64,000 bases of DNA from Candidatus Avelusimicrobium bubulum (lineage in GTDB: Bacteria; Elusimicrobiota; Elusimicrobia; Elusimicrobiales; Elusimicrobiaceae). The notes under the pieces were generated by a model, which was not told the origin of the DNA, ran no database searches, and saw only the letters and a program-made list of their open reading frames with translations. Location: NCBI GenBank assembly GCA_902798835.1, contig CADBYN010000001.1, forward strand, positions 46,015-110,014, in the 5' to 3' direction. How positions within the stretch are numbered: position 1 is the first letter of the stretch; each line of letters opens with the position of its first letter. Shown here piece after piece: positions 9,248 to 19,700 of this stretch. The translations under genes and the position numbers were made by a program.

Positions 9248-10789
9248 CTACAGAACATGCTGAGCGGCTTGGATGAGTTCTTGCAAGTGCTCCGGGTTTA
9301 CATACGTTTCCGCGTAGATCTTCAAAATATTCTCCGTACCGGATGGACGCACTAAAAACCAGGAATTTTCCAGATAGACTTTTAAGCCGTCCGTATCGCG
9401 CACACGCAACACTTTTTCTCCGGCCACTTCTTGCGTAGAAGCCATATCCGCGGCCTTGAGCGCTTTGACACGCGCTTTGGTTTGCTCGTCGGTAGGAACA
9501 TCCACCCGCGTGTAAAAAGGAGCACCATACTGTGCGGTTAATGCTTGGTAACAGTCGGCGATATCCCCTTCATTAGCGGTAATTTCCATCAATAAACAGA
9601 CCGCAAAAATACCGTCTTTTTCCGTCGTCCAACCACTCACGGACATCCCGGCACTTTCCTCTCCGGCCAGTACATATTTTCCCGCACGAAGCCCCGGCAC
9701 AAAATACTTAAACCCGACGTTTACTTCTTCTAATTCCAACTGATGCGCCTGCGCAATGCGGTCCAATAAAGACGTTGTCCCCAACGTGCGGCCGATGGCA
9801 CGGGCACCGGGTACTTTATGGCGACGGATCAAATAATCTGCCATCACACACAACGCGTGATTGGGCGTAATCAGCCCGCCTTTTGCCGTTGCACAACCAA
9901 AACGGTCCGCATCCGGATCGCTCGCCCCGGCAAAATCATACGTTCCCGTCTCTACATATTTAATAAGCGGAGACATCGGATATTTCGAAGACGGATCCAT
10001 ACGTATTTTCCCGTCGTGATCGATAGGAATAAAATAAAACGTAGGGTCTTGCTCGGTGCTGACGATATCTAAATTATGCAGCTGATATTTTTCTTTAAGG
10101 GCTTTGTAAAAGGCCAAGCTAGCACCGCCCAACGGATGCACCGCAAATTTAAGCGCAGACGACGCAATCTTAGCAAAATCAATACGTTGCCCCAACGCGT
10201 CAATATAGGGTGTAATGATATCGGCATTACGCACAAGCCCTTTCGCGCGCGCTTCTTCGAGCGTGATGGATTTAATTTGCTCCGGGTGCGCCATATATTC
10301 ATTAGCATATTTTTCGATTTTCCCGGTAAGCGCACTATCGGCCGGGCCGCCGTGCGAAGGGTTATACTTAAGCCCCATATCTTGCGGCGGGTTATGACTG
10401 GCGGTGCCGTTCAAACACGCACACACACGCCCGCTTAAAATTTCAAAAGAAAATACAGGCGTGGGCACGGGAATTTCCGGATAGACGACCGTTAGTCCGT
10501 TCCCGGCTAGCACTTCGGCACACAAGCGGGCTGTTTCACGGCTCATTAAGCGCGTGTCTCCCCCCACCAAAATGGAGCCGGTAATGTTTTGCTCTTGATG
10601 GATACGTGCCACGGCCTGGGCAATAGCTTTGGCGTGCAGCGCGCAAAAGCCAGCGCCTAATTGTCCGCGATGGCCCGACGTACCAAACTTTACCGCCACC
10701 GGCTTTCCGTCCGGCTCAAAAAATGCGTTGCGTAATTTTTCGGTATCAATTTTGTGCGTAGTAAGCGTGCCCGCCAATTCACTAACCAT
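9248..10789 (-). CDS. pgm: phosphoglucomutase (alpha-D-phosphohexomutase family)
   Basis: 513 aa. FGTSGHRG N-terminal motif, TASHNP phosphoserine loop, DPDADR metal loop, GEESAG sugar loop. GGAGG SD. Confidence 0.85.
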   Translation of the reverse strand: MVSELAGTLTTHKIDTEKLRNAFFEPDGKPVAVKFGTSGHRGQLGAGFCALHAKAIAQAVARIHQEQNITGSILVGGDTRLMSRETARLCAEVLAGNGLTVVYPEIPVPTPVFSFEILSGRVCACLNGTASHNPPQDMGLKYNPSHGGPADSALTGKIEKYANEYMAHPEQIKSITLEEARAKGLVRNADIITPYIDALGQRIDFAKIASSALKFAVHPLGGASLAFYKALKEKYQLHNLDIVSTEQDPTFYFIPIDHDGKIRMDPSSKYPMSPLIKYVETGTYDFAGASDPDADRFGCATAKGGLITPNHALCVMADYLIRRHKVPGARAIGRTLGTTSLLDRIAQAHQLELEEVNVGFKYFVPGLRAGKYVLAGEESAGMSVSGWTTEKDGIFAVCLLMEITANEGDIADCYQALTAQYGAPFYTRVDVPTDEQTKARVKALKAADMASTQEVAGEKVLRVRDTDGLKVYLENSWFLVRPSGTENILKIYAETYVNPEHLQELIQAAQHVL

Positions 10790-10885
10790 AACTTCCTCCA
10801 GGTGCTAAAAATATATCGGGGTTGAAAAAATCTCTCGTCATTTTCTATTATAATATATATCGTATTTTTTTACAAAGGAGAACTT

Positions 10886-11587
10886 ATGAAAAAATTAACG
10901 CTTTTACTAGCTGTTCTTTTGACTGCCCCTTTATTCGTATTGGCAGATGACATGGGCGATGATTTTCACAAACATTATGTGCCGGGCAAATCCAACTTGA
11001 AAGCTTATAACCGCGATTTGAACGGTTTGGTAGGTACCGTCGATTTCCATACCGGGCGCCCCAAAGTTTTCCCGGGCGTTAACTTAGGCGCCAGCGTAAG
11101 TGTTTTCAAACCCTCCCACGAAAATGATATTTCTTCCGATAGCTACACCGTGCTTCCCTTCTTGATAGCGGAAACAAAAATCCCTTACCTAAATGTAGGT
11201 GTAGTCGCGCGCGGTACAGCGGTCAATGGTTATCGTTCGTTGGGCGGCGGTCTTACCTACAACATGACAGTCTTGGAAATGTTGAATTTATCCTTCGGCG
11301 CGTTCTATGATAACGGGCGCACGGACTGGTATCACAATGATCACTATTCCGCCTCGGCGATCGCTTCCACCAACGTGTTGATTTTTACTCCGTACATCGG
11401 GGTAGGGTATGACTACGGCAAACTCAAAACGCGCGGCTACACGCATAATGAATCGGTTTCCAACGGTACCCCGCGCGGCATGGTGGGAGTAAACATTTCC
11501 CCGCTTCCGCTCTTAACCGGTTTTGTGGCTTACACCATTACCAAAGACAGCCACGGTTTTACCGGTGGCTTAGGACTTAGTTTTTAA
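10886..11587 (+). CDS. hypothetical outer-membrane beta-barrel protein
   Basis: 233 aa. Signal peptide MKKLTLLLAVLLTAPLFVLA, Gly/aromatic-rich strand pattern, C-terminal GGLGLSF. AAGGAGAA SD. Confidence 0.45.
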   Translation: MKKLTLLLAVLLTAPLFVLADDMGDDFHKHYVPGKSNLKAYNRDLNGLVGTVDFHTGRPKVFPGVNLGASVSVFKPSHENDISSDSYTVLPFLIAETKIPYLNVGVVARGTAVNGYRSLGGGLTYNMTVLEMLNLSFGAFYDNGRTDWYHNDHYSASAIASTNVLIFTPYIGVGYDYGKLKTRGYTHNESVSNGTPRGMVGVNISPLPLLTGFVAYTITKDSHGFTGGLGLSF

Positions 11588-11590
11588 TCC

Positions 11591-12493
11591 ATGGCTAATT
11601 ACAAAGACGCGCTCAAAGAATTTTTTGGTGAAGAGTGTTTGTTCAACGAACCTATGAACACGCACACTACCTATCGCACGGGCGGGCCGGCGGAAGTGTA
11701 TGTCTACCCGCAAACCCCCGAACAATGGGCCTTTGTTCTTAAGCTGGCTCAAGCAGAAAATATCCCATTGCGCGTGATCGGTTTTGGCTCTAACATTTTA
11801 GTCAGCGGCAAAGGTTTGGGCGGTATTACGTGTTCTACCAAAAAGATGAACCGTATTGTAGTGGACGAAAACCGCATTACCGCGCAAGCCGGGGCTCCCT
11901 TGGATAAAGTATGTGAGCTAGCCTGCAAAGCCGGGTTGGCGGGCATGGAGAAACTCTCCGGCATCCCGGGCAGCGTAGGCGGAGCCGTGTTTATGAACGC
12001 GGGCGCGTACGGGCAAGAAACCGCAGACTGTTTGGAATATTTTGATATTATCGATTGGGAAGGCCGCCCGGCCACCTTGCTCAAAGAAGATGTCAAATTC
12101 GCTTACCGCCATGTGGACGGACTTCCTAAATGTATTATTTTATCAGCTGGATTTACATTAAAGCCGGGGGATTTCACCCAACTTTTAGCCGCGCGCAGCA
12201 CGGTACAGCATAATCGCGTTGCCAAACAACCGCTCGAGTTTCCTTCTGCCGGCAGCGTATTTAAACGCCCCGCAAACGACTATGCTTCCCGCCTGATTGA
12301 CGCAGCCGGGTTACGCGGACTTTCTGTCGGCGGGGCCAAAGTGTCGGAAAAGCACGCCGGGTTTATCGTCAATTTTAATCATGCCAGCGCACAGGATATC
12401 AAAACCCTTATGGACCAAGTGCGCCAGAAAGTAAAAGCGCAGTTTGGCGTAGAATTAGAATTGGAACAAATTCTCTGGGGCGATTTTGAGTAA
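11591..12493 (+). CDS. murB: UDP-N-acetylenolpyruvoylglucosamine reductase
   Basis: 300 aa. TYRTGGPAE, GFGSNILV, SAGSVFKRP, GGAKVSEKHAGFIVN motifs. Confidence 0.9.
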   Translation: MANYKDALKEFFGEECLFNEPMNTHTTYRTGGPAEVYVYPQTPEQWAFVLKLAQAENIPLRVIGFGSNILVSGKGLGGITCSTKKMNRIVVDENRITAQAGAPLDKVCELACKAGLAGMEKLSGIPGSVGGAVFMNAGAYGQETADCLEYFDIIDWEGRPATLLKEDVKFAYRHVDGLPKCIILSAGFTLKPGDFTQLLAARSTVQHNRVAKQPLEFPSAGSVFKRPANDYASRLIDAAGLRGLSVGGAKVSEKHAGFIVNFNHASAQDIKTLMDQVRQKVKAQFGVELELEQILWGDFE

Positions 12494-12499
12494 GTGAAA

Positions 12500-12528
12500 T
12501 TGACGCGCCCCGCAAAATAAGATATACT
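12500..12528 (+). promoter_or_regulatory. sigma70-type promoter for tRNA-Asp
   Basis: TTGACG (12500-12505), 17-nt spacer, TATACT (12523-12528). The tRNA starts 15 nt downstream. Confidence 0.55.
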
Positions 12529-12542
12529 ATATAGGTAGTTTA

Positions 12543-12617
12543 GGAGTCGTGGTGTAGCCTGGTTAACACGCTGCCCTGTCAAGGCAGAGACCGCGAGTTC
12601 GAATCTCGTCGACTCCG
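12543..12617 (+). tRNA. tRNA-Asp (GTC)
   Basis: Hand-folded cloverleaf: acceptor GGAGTCG/CGACTCC, D stem GTGT/ACAC, anticodon stem CTGCC/GGCAG with loop CTGTCAA, T arm GCGAG-TTCGAAT-CTCGT, discriminator G. CCA not encoded. Confidence 0.9.
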
Positions 12618-12630
12618 TATGAATTTAAAA
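12615..12630. repeat. direct repeat copy 1 (CCGTATGAATTTAAAA), spanning the tRNA-Asp 3' end and trailer
   Basis: 12-nt exact match (CCGTATGAATTT) plus an A-run with copy 2 at 13652-13667. Each copy is immediately followed by a GC-stem terminator. Confidence 0.8.
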
Positions 12631-12653
12631 CCCCGCCTAGTGCGGGGTTTTTT
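12627..12653 (+). terminator. rho-independent terminator after tRNA-Asp
   Basis: AAAA-CCCCGC-ctagt-GCGGGG-TTTTTT. Confidence 0.75.
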
Positions 12654-12687
12654 AATGATACGACAACAAAGATCATTGAGGTTAGGT

Positions 12688-12716
12688 TTGTCTTTCATAC
12701 TCATAATTTTTATAAT
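12688..12716 (+). promoter_or_regulatory. sigma70-type promoter, leaderless geometry for ORF 12723
   Basis: TTGTCT (12688-12693), 17-nt spacer, TATAAT (12711-12716), then 6 nt (GAAAGC) and ATG 12723. No SD. Confidence 0.5.
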
Positions 12717-12722
12717 GAAAGC

Positions 12723-13595
12723 ATGTACATTAAAATTAAAAATCCAATGCGGCAGGTCGTACTGAAAGACTTGAGAAACTCTGTCTTTTTGTTGGTTTCG
12801 GCTACAATCATAATGGGGGGTATTATTGCTCCCATTGTGTTTTCCGGCAGTATTACCGCAGAAAGAAAGCTCGTAGGTTTTGCCATTTTTGGGTTACTTG
12901 CGGGCCTTTTAGCAGTAATTGCTGGCCTCCTTGACTACCGGCAAAAACGCGCGCTATGGAATACTCCCTCCACAGTGTATGCATTGGATTTTGGGCCAAA
13001 AGGAGTAACGGCTCGCACTCACACAAACGACCACTTTTTACCCTATAAAGAAACAGATGTCAAAGTAATAGGAGAATTGGCAACCATACCTGTGAAAAAT
13101 AGTTCACGTGTGGCGGCAGAAACCCTTACAGCGAATTTGTTTTCCCTTACATTTATATTTCACCAAGGTCGCCGCAGCCTTGAGGTAACACATAAACTTA
13201 CAACTAATAAATTGCTTTACCAGCTAGTAGATTTACACACGCGCTTTAGATCCTTTACATTTGACTGTAAGAAGCAATCCCCTTGGAACGATCCCGTTAT
13301 ACAGGAAGTGGTTGTCTTTCTAAAAGAACAAGTACAAAACCAAATGCACTACGGTTTACATCTCATATATCGCGATCATTCTACAATGATGCTGTGCAGC
13401 TTCCTGTTTGTAGCGTTAGGAATTGGTGCCTTATGGCTAGCATTTGCGTTTGGCTTGCATCCCTTTAAGGATTGTATAGCATGGGTGCCCCTGCTTTTAG
13501 GGGCCGTGTTACTGATAGTCGGTTTGATCCAACTATGCAGCGTAATTAAAGACAAACGCACCGCCAAAATTCTCAAACAATTACGTAAAAATTAA
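12723..13595 (+). CDS. hypothetical 4-TM membrane protein (2 N-terminal and 2 C-terminal helices around a soluble domain of about 140 aa)
   Basis: 290-aa ORF. Hydrophobic segments VFLLVSATIIMGGIIAPIVF, FAIFGLLAGLLAVIAGLL, MMLCSFLFVALGIGALWLAFAF, WVPLLLGAVLLIVGLIQL. No family recognised. AT-richer than its neighbours by hand count. Confidence 0.6.
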   Translation: MYIKIKNPMRQVVLKDLRNSVFLLVSATIIMGGIIAPIVFSGSITAERKLVGFAIFGLLAGLLAVIAGLLDYRQKRALWNTPSTVYALDFGPKGVTARTHTNDHFLPYKETDVKVIGELATIPVKNSSRVAAETLTANLFSLTFIFHQGRRSLEVTHKLTTNKLLYQLVDLHTRFRSFTFDCKKQSPWNDPVIQEVVVFLKEQVQNQMHYGLHLIYRDHSTMMLCSFLFVALGIGALWLAFAFGLHPFKDCIAWVPLLLGAVLLIVGLIQLCSVIKDKRTAKILKQLRKN

Positions 13596-13651
13596 TCTTT
13601 TCTTATCGTTTAGAAAAAATATTCAGCACCGTGCTGCCTAAACTACACACG

Positions 13652-13667
13652 CCGTATGAATTTGAAA
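13652..13667. repeat. direct repeat copy 2 (CCGTATGAATTTGAAA)
   Basis: Matches 12615-12630 (12/12 exact core). Followed by the terminator at 13665-13690. Confidence 0.8.
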
Positions 13668-13690
13668 AGCCCCCGTTTGGGGGCTTTTTG
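13665..13690. terminator. bidirectional rho-independent terminator (ORF 12723 / pyrE)
   Basis: AAAA-GCCCCC-gttt-GGGGGC-TTTTT. Confidence 0.75.
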
Positions 13691-13720
13691 TTATACCTAA
13701 GCCCAATTAAAATACTTTTC

Positions 13721-14302
13721 TTATTTTCCGGTGCGGCCCCGTTTGGTAAACGGCTGGCCGGATTTACATAACGGACAATTTTGCTCCGTGTATGTTTCCA
13801 CCGTTAAATGTACCAAGGCTTCGGTACGTACGCCAAAATCGGCCTTGCCGCCACTGCGATCCACAAGCAAACCCACGCCGGCCACTACGCCGCCGCGCTC
13901 GTTAACTACTTGCATTACTTCGCGCACACTTCCGCCGGTAGTAACTACATCTTCCACCACCAGCACCCGCGTGCCGGGCGGAATTTCAAAACCGCGCTTA
14001 AGCGTCATTTTCCCGTCCACACGCTCGGTGAAAATAGCGCGCGTTCCGAGTGCTTTGCCCACTTCGTGGCTAAGCAATAACCCCCCGGTAACCGGGCCGA
14101 CTACGAGTTCAATGTTATCTTGCGCAAAACGACGCGCAAGTTCGCGGCAGAGCCGCTCGGTATAGGCCGGATGTTGCAGCACATTAAATTTTTCCACATA
14201 TACTGGGCTATGCAAACCGCTCGTCAGCAAAAAATGTCCGTGCAACACGGCCTTGGTTTCTTCCAGCATTTTCAAAACGTCTTTTTCGGTTAATGTTTCC
14301 AT
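13721..14302 (-). CDS. pyrE: orotate phosphoribosyltransferase
   Basis: 193 aa. PRPP-binding loop VLVVEDVVTTGGS; last gene of the pyr operon. Confidence 0.9.
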   Translation of the reverse strand: METLTEKDVLKMLEETKAVLHGHFLLTSGLHSPVYVEKFNVLQHPAYTERLCRELARRFAQDNIELVVGPVTGGLLLSHEVGKALGTRAIFTERVDGKMTLKRGFEIPPGTRVLVVEDVVTTGGSVREVMQVVNERGGVVAGVGLLVDRSGGKADFGVRTEALVHLTVETYTEQNCPLCKSGQPFTKRGRTGK

Positions 14303-14308
14303 AATGTT

Positions 14309-15025
14309 TTATCCTTTGCAATTAATTTCCTGTTGAATAGCGCGCGCGGCAGCTTGTGGATCAGCGGCTTGCGTAATAGGGCGGCCGACCACGATATAAT
14401 TGGCTCCGTTTTCCATAGCTTGTGCAGGAGTGGTAATGCGGCTTTGGTCTTGCGTGGCCGCTCCGGCCGGACGCACGCCCGGGGTTACAATTAAAAAATC
14501 TTTCCCGCATGCTTGACGGATTTGCGCCGCTTCTTTGGGGGAAGCAACCACTCCGTCCAATCCCGCTTGTTGCGCCAATTTGGCCAGCAATATCACTTGT
14601 TCGGCTACTGTAGTTTTATAATTGAGCGCGGCAAATCCCGTTTCATCCATGCTAGTCAGCACCGTTACGGCAATTAATTTAGGCGCCGCAATCCCTAACG
14701 CTTGCGCCTCTTCATGTACGCTTTGGCACGCGGCTTGCATCATGTTAAGTCCGCCCGTGGCATGTACGTTGATCATATCTACGCCCAGCCGCGTCAGCAC
14801 CCGCAGCGCCCGGGAAACCGTGTTAGGGATATCCTGTAATTTTAAATCCAAAAAAATTCGTTTTTGATGTTGCTTTAAAAAAGCGATCATCTCGTTGCCG
14901 GCGCTATAATAAAGCTCCATCCCCACTTTATAATAGGTAACTTCATCGCCGCAGGCCAACACGCAACGCTGTGCATCTGCCAAAGTTGGAAAGTCCAATG
15001 CAACAATCAGTTTATTTTTTGTCAT
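14309..15025 (-). CDS. pyrF: orotidine-5'-phosphate decarboxylase
   Basis: 238 aa. LIVALDF, FLDLKLQDIPNT, IVVGRPI motifs. Overlaps the pyrD stop by 14 nt. Confidence 0.9.
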   Translation of the reverse strand: MTKNKLIVALDFPTLADAQRCVLACGDEVTYYKVGMELYYSAGNEMIAFLKQHQKRIFLDLKLQDIPNTVSRALRVLTRLGVDMINVHATGGLNMMQAACQSVHEEAQALGIAAPKLIAVTVLTSMDETGFAALNYKTTVAEQVILLAKLAQQAGLDGVVASPKEAAQIRQACGKDFLIVTPGVRPAGAATQDQSRITTPAQAMENGANYIVVGRPITQAADPQAAARAIQQEINCKG

Positions 15026-15977
15026 AGTTATTCCTTGAAAAATACGGCATACTCTTTTTACCTTGCGGCAAAGCTTGGCCTACAATCTCTTGCAGGCAAG
15101 AAATCTGCTCGCGTGCGCAATAATCTTGCAAATCTTGTGTAAGCGTGCAAAGGGTATCGGGCTGATACAAATTAGCCGTACCAACGGCTATCGCGCTGGC
15201 CCCGGCCAACATAAATTCAAGTGCGTCCTGTGCCGTAGCAATTCCGCCCATCCCGATAATCGGGATATGTACCTGTTGGGCTACTTGATATACCATGCGC
15301 ACCGCCACGGGTCGAATAGCCGGGCCACTCAATCCACCCACGATATTACCCAGCACAGGTTTGCGCGCGCGAACATCAATCTTCATCCCCAGCAACGTAT
15401 TGATGAGTGAAAGCGCATCACTGCCGGCATCTTCCACCGCGCGGGCCAAGGATACGATATCGGTTACGTTAGGGGATAATTTAGTGATAACAGGCTTGTG
15501 TGTATTTTTTTTGACGGCTTGCACCACCGATGTAGCCATGTGCGGATCGGTACCAAACGCCAACCCACCTTGTTTTACGTTCGGGCAAGAAATGTTAATT
15601 TCCAATGCATCAATTCCTTCCACGTCTAACGCTTGCGCGACGGCAGCATATTCTTCCACGCTATGCCCGTAAATATTGACAATCACAGGTACTTGATAGG
15701 TACGCAGTTGCGGCAAGATATGTTCCAAAAAATAAGTGCAGCCCGGGTTTTCCAACCCGATGGCATTTAATATTCCCGAGGGAGTAGACACCACGCGCTG
15801 CCCTTTATTTCCCGCGCAAGGCGTGAGTGAAAGCCCTTTTACGCAAATTGCACCCACTTGGTTCAAATTGACAAGATCCGCAAATTCCACTCCAAATCCA
15901 AACGTGCCGGAAGCCGCAATCAACGGTGTTTTCAAGTGCAAGCCGGCAATAGTAACCGCCAGTAAAGAGTTTACCAC
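15012..15977 (-). CDS. pyrD: dihydroorotate dehydrogenase B, catalytic subunit
   Basis: 321 aa, class 1B pattern: ASGTFGFG, NISCPN, GLSGPAIRP, GMGGIATAQDA. Confidence 0.9.
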   Translation of the reverse strand: MVNSLLAVTIAGLHLKTPLIAASGTFGFGVEFADLVNLNQVGAICVKGLSLTPCAGNKGQRVVSTPSGILNAIGLENPGCTYFLEHILPQLRTYQVPVIVNIYGHSVEEYAAVAQALDVEGIDALEINISCPNVKQGGLAFGTDPHMATSVVQAVKKNTHKPVITKLSPNVTDIVSLARAVEDAGSDALSLINTLLGMKIDVRARKPVLGNIVGGLSGPAIRPVAVRMVYQVAQQVHIPIIGMGGIATAQDALEFMLAGASAIAVGTANLYQPDTLCTLTQDLQDYCAREQISCLQEIVGQALPQGKKSMPYFSRNNYDKK

Positions 15978-16738
15978 TCGCTTACCTCCTTACTCCAAAA
16001 TGCAGGTCCGTCCGTGCAAACTTTCAATCGTTTTTCGCGCCCTTGGCACGTGCACGACAAACACGCTCCCATTCCGCAAGCCATATACCGCTCCAACGAT
16101 ACTTGGCACGCCACATCTTGCGCTTCGCACGCATTTGCCACCGCTTTCATCATGGGCGAAGGCCCGCACACATACACGCGCTGATAACCTTGCGTCAGCA
16201 AGGAAGGCAACAAGGCCATCACCGTACCGTGCGTTCCCAAGGAGCCGTCATCGGTGGTTATAAAAATATGCTGCACAAACGGGCGAAATAACTTTTGCCA
16301 AAACAGTTCCTCTTTCGTACGTGCGCCCATGAGCACATCGGTTTTTTCCGCTCCCAAACGAGAAACTAAAAATAACAAAGGGGCCAGCCCCGTGCCGCCG
16401 CCAACCAGCAGCGTCCGGCCGGGAGCAGCCAGGTCAAACCCGCGGCCCAGCGGGCCCAATATACTCAACCTATCGCAAGGGGTCAGCTTGGCAAGAGCGC
16501 GGGTAAATTCGCCCGCCACCCGGTAAATAATATCAATCGTGCCCTGTGTTTTGTCGACGGCCGCTACTCCAAACGGATGGCGAAGTAACGCCTCGCCGGG
16601 CATAGTTAACTTGATATGCACAAACTGCCCCGGTACAACTTGCTCGGCAATTTGCGCCGCGTTAAGACGCAACAAATACGTGCGTGCATCTAACGGTTTT
16701 TGTAAAACTACGCCGGACTGCTCAAGCACCTTGGGCAT
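15971..16738 (-). CDS. pyrK: dihydroorotate dehydrogenase B, electron-transfer (FAD/2Fe-2S) subunit
   Basis: FNR-like fold plus C-terminal CGMGACLSCTC cluster motif. Start set at ATG 16738 (TAATG overlap with the carB stop). An in-frame ATG at 16756 is the track alternative. Confidence 0.85.
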   Translation of the reverse strand: MPKVLEQSGVVLQKPLDARTYLLRLNAAQIAEQVVPGQFVHIKLTMPGEALLRHPFGVAAVDKTQGTIDIIYRVAGEFTRALAKLTPCDRLSILGPLGRGFDLAAPGRTLLVGGGTGLAPLLFLVSRLGAEKTDVLMGARTKEELFWQKLFRPFVQHIFITTDDGSLGTHGTVMALLPSLLTQGYQRVYVCGPSPMMKAVANACEAQDVACQVSLERYMACGMGACLSCTCQGREKRLKVCTDGPAFWSKEVSEW

Positions 16739-19700
16739 TATACTTCGCGCTCCCATTCCAAATCTTGCAACGCCAGTACGCGCGGCACACGCCGGCGCAT
16801 GGCACGCAATACTTTTTGCAAACCGCGCGCCGTATCAATAGAAGTTAAGCACGCGATGGAACGCTCCACGCTGGCACGACGGATTTTAAACCCATCCTGT
16901 GCCGCGGCCGAGGTATGATTGGGTGTGTTGATCACCAGCGCAATGCGCCCGGCTTTGATATCTTGAATCAAATTATTTTCACCCTCGCTTACTTTCAGCG
17001 CCGTTTGCACGGGGATGCCCTGTTCTTGCAAATATTCTGCCGTACCGCTGGTAGCCAAAATGGAATACCCCAAATCGATAAACCCTTTGGCAATTTGCGC
17101 GGCTTCGGGTTTGTCCTCATCGGTAACGGTCATTAATATGGTACCTGTTTGGGGGATACGTACGCCCGCTGCCAGAAAAGCTTTGTAGAGCGTGCGGTTA
17201 TACTGGTAATCACACGCCATTACTTCGCCGGTGGATTTCATTTCAGGCCCCAGCACGGTATCTACATTAGTCATCTTATTAAAACTAAAGACAGGGGCTT
17301 TCACCGCGTAATAATTAGGGAAAAGTTGCAACCCCGCTTTATAACCTTGCTGCTTGAGTGAAAATCCCAGCGCGCATTTCACCGCTACTTCTACCATAGG
17401 CACGCCCGTTACTTTACTCAAAAACGGCACCGTGCGCGAAGAGCGCGGATTAACTTCAATCACGTACACTTGATCATCGCGCACAATATATTGCACGTTC
17501 ATCATCCCTTTCAGATGCAACCCCAAGGCTAGCTTGGTTGTGTAATCAATAATTTGCGTGATGACGTGCTCGGTCATATCGCGCGGCGGATAGACGGCAA
17601 TGGAATCGCCCGAGTGAATACCGGTTTTTTCAATGTGCTGCATAATACCCGGCAAGAATACCTCTTCGCCATCGCAAATAGCATCCACTTCTACTTCGTC
17701 ACCCATAATATAATGGTCTACCAGCACCGGGTGCTCGGCATTGACCTTAACGGCGTAGGTCATATAGCGGGAGAGTTCCTCCTCGTGATGGACAATCTCC
17801 ATCGCCCGGCCGCCCAGCACATACGACGGGCGCACCATCACCGGGTAACCGATTTGTTTGGCCGCTTCAAACGCTTCTTCGGTAGTGAAACAGGTGCGTC
17901 CTTGCGGGCGTAAAATTTTGCACGAAGTTAATAGCTCATCAAAGCGGCGGCGGTCTTCGGCCTGGTCAATGCTGTCCACGCCGGATCCCAAAATTTTCAC
18001 GCCGGCTTTATCCAAGTGGGCGGCTAAATTGATAGCGGTTTGCCCGCCAAATTGCACTAGCACTCCGTCGGGGTTTTCTTTTTCCCACACGGCTAGCACA
18101 TCTTCGGGGGTTAGCGGTTCAAAGTACAACCGGTCCGAAATATCAAAATCGGTAGAGACAGTCTCGGGGTTGTTGTTGACGATGATTGTTTCGTAACCTA
18201 CTGCTTTGAGCGCAAACACACTATGCACCGAACAGTAATCAAACTCTACCCCCTGTCCAATACGAATCGGCCCCGAGCCCAGCACCACTACTTTGCGCTT
18301 ACCGGAAACAGATACATTATCCGACGCGTTATATGTAGAGTAATAATACCCGGTATCTTGCTTGTGCGCGGACGGATAGGTGTTGACCATGCGGTATGCC
18401 GGGCGAATATGGTGCGTGTGACGAAACGCACGGATTTCTTCTTCCGTATGGCCTGTCAGCGCGGCAATAGTTTTATCGGCGAATTGGAACCCTTTGGCTT
18501 TTTGCACCCGTTGCGGCGTAAGTTTTCCCTTGGCAAGTTCCCGTTCCACCGCCACAATGTTCCCTATCTTATCAATAAACCACGGATCAATTTGTGTAGC
18601 GCTGTAAATTTCTTGTGTGGTAAAACCGCGGCGCAATCCCTCGGCAATGGCAAACAAACGCTCGCTGTCCGGCGTGGCGATAGCGGCGCGTACCTCGTCG
18701 TCTGTTTTTGTTTTTAACTCGGGTTGTTGCAAATGCACCCGCCCGATTTCCAGCGAGCGCACCGCCTTTAACAACGCACTTTCAAACGTATGCTCTAGCG
18801 ACATAACTTCGCCGGTAGCTTTCATTTGCGGCCCCAAGGTGCGCTCAGCCGTGCGGAATTTATCAAACGGCCAGCGCGGGAATTTGACAACGATGTAATC
18901 TACTTGCGGCTCAAAAAGTGAGTGCGCGCCCGGAGACATCGGCGTGGTAATTTCGTCTAGCCGATACCCCAGCGCAATTTTGGAAGTAACTTTGGCAATG
19001 GGATATCCCGTGGCTTTGGAAGCCAACGCAGAGGAACGGCTCACACGCGGATTGACCTCGATAACGTAATAATCGGTAGAATTGGGCTTAAGCGCAAGCT
19101 GCACATTACATCCACCCACCACGCCCAACGCACGCACGATGTCGAGGGCGGCTTGGCGCAACAACTGCAGTTCACGATCCTTGAGCGTCAGCGCCGGCGC
19201 CACAACGATAGAATCGCCCGTGTGAATACCCACCGGGTCCACGTTTTCCATCGAACAAACGATGACATGATTATCGGCTGCATCGCGAATTACTTCAAAT
19301 TCAATTTCTTTCCACCCGGCAATCGAACGCTCTACCAAACATTGACCGATCGGGCTGCAATCAAGCCCCTTGGCAAGCACATCCATCAGCTCGCAATCAT
19401 CGTGCGCAATTCCCCCGCCCGTACCGCCTAACGTGTAGGCCGGGCGAATGATGAGCGGATACCCAATCTGTTTTGCAAAGGTAAGCGCCTCGTTGGCGTG
19501 CGTGACAATTACGCTTTCAGGAACGGGCTGGCCGATTTTTTCCATGGTCTGCTTAAAACATTCCCGGTCTTCTCCACGGCGAATAGCACTTAACGGTGTG
19601 CCCAACACGCGCACTCCATAGGCAGATAAAATCCCTTTTTCTTCCAACGCCATGGCCATGTTTAGGCCGATCTGCCCGCCCAACGTAGCCAGCAACGAAT

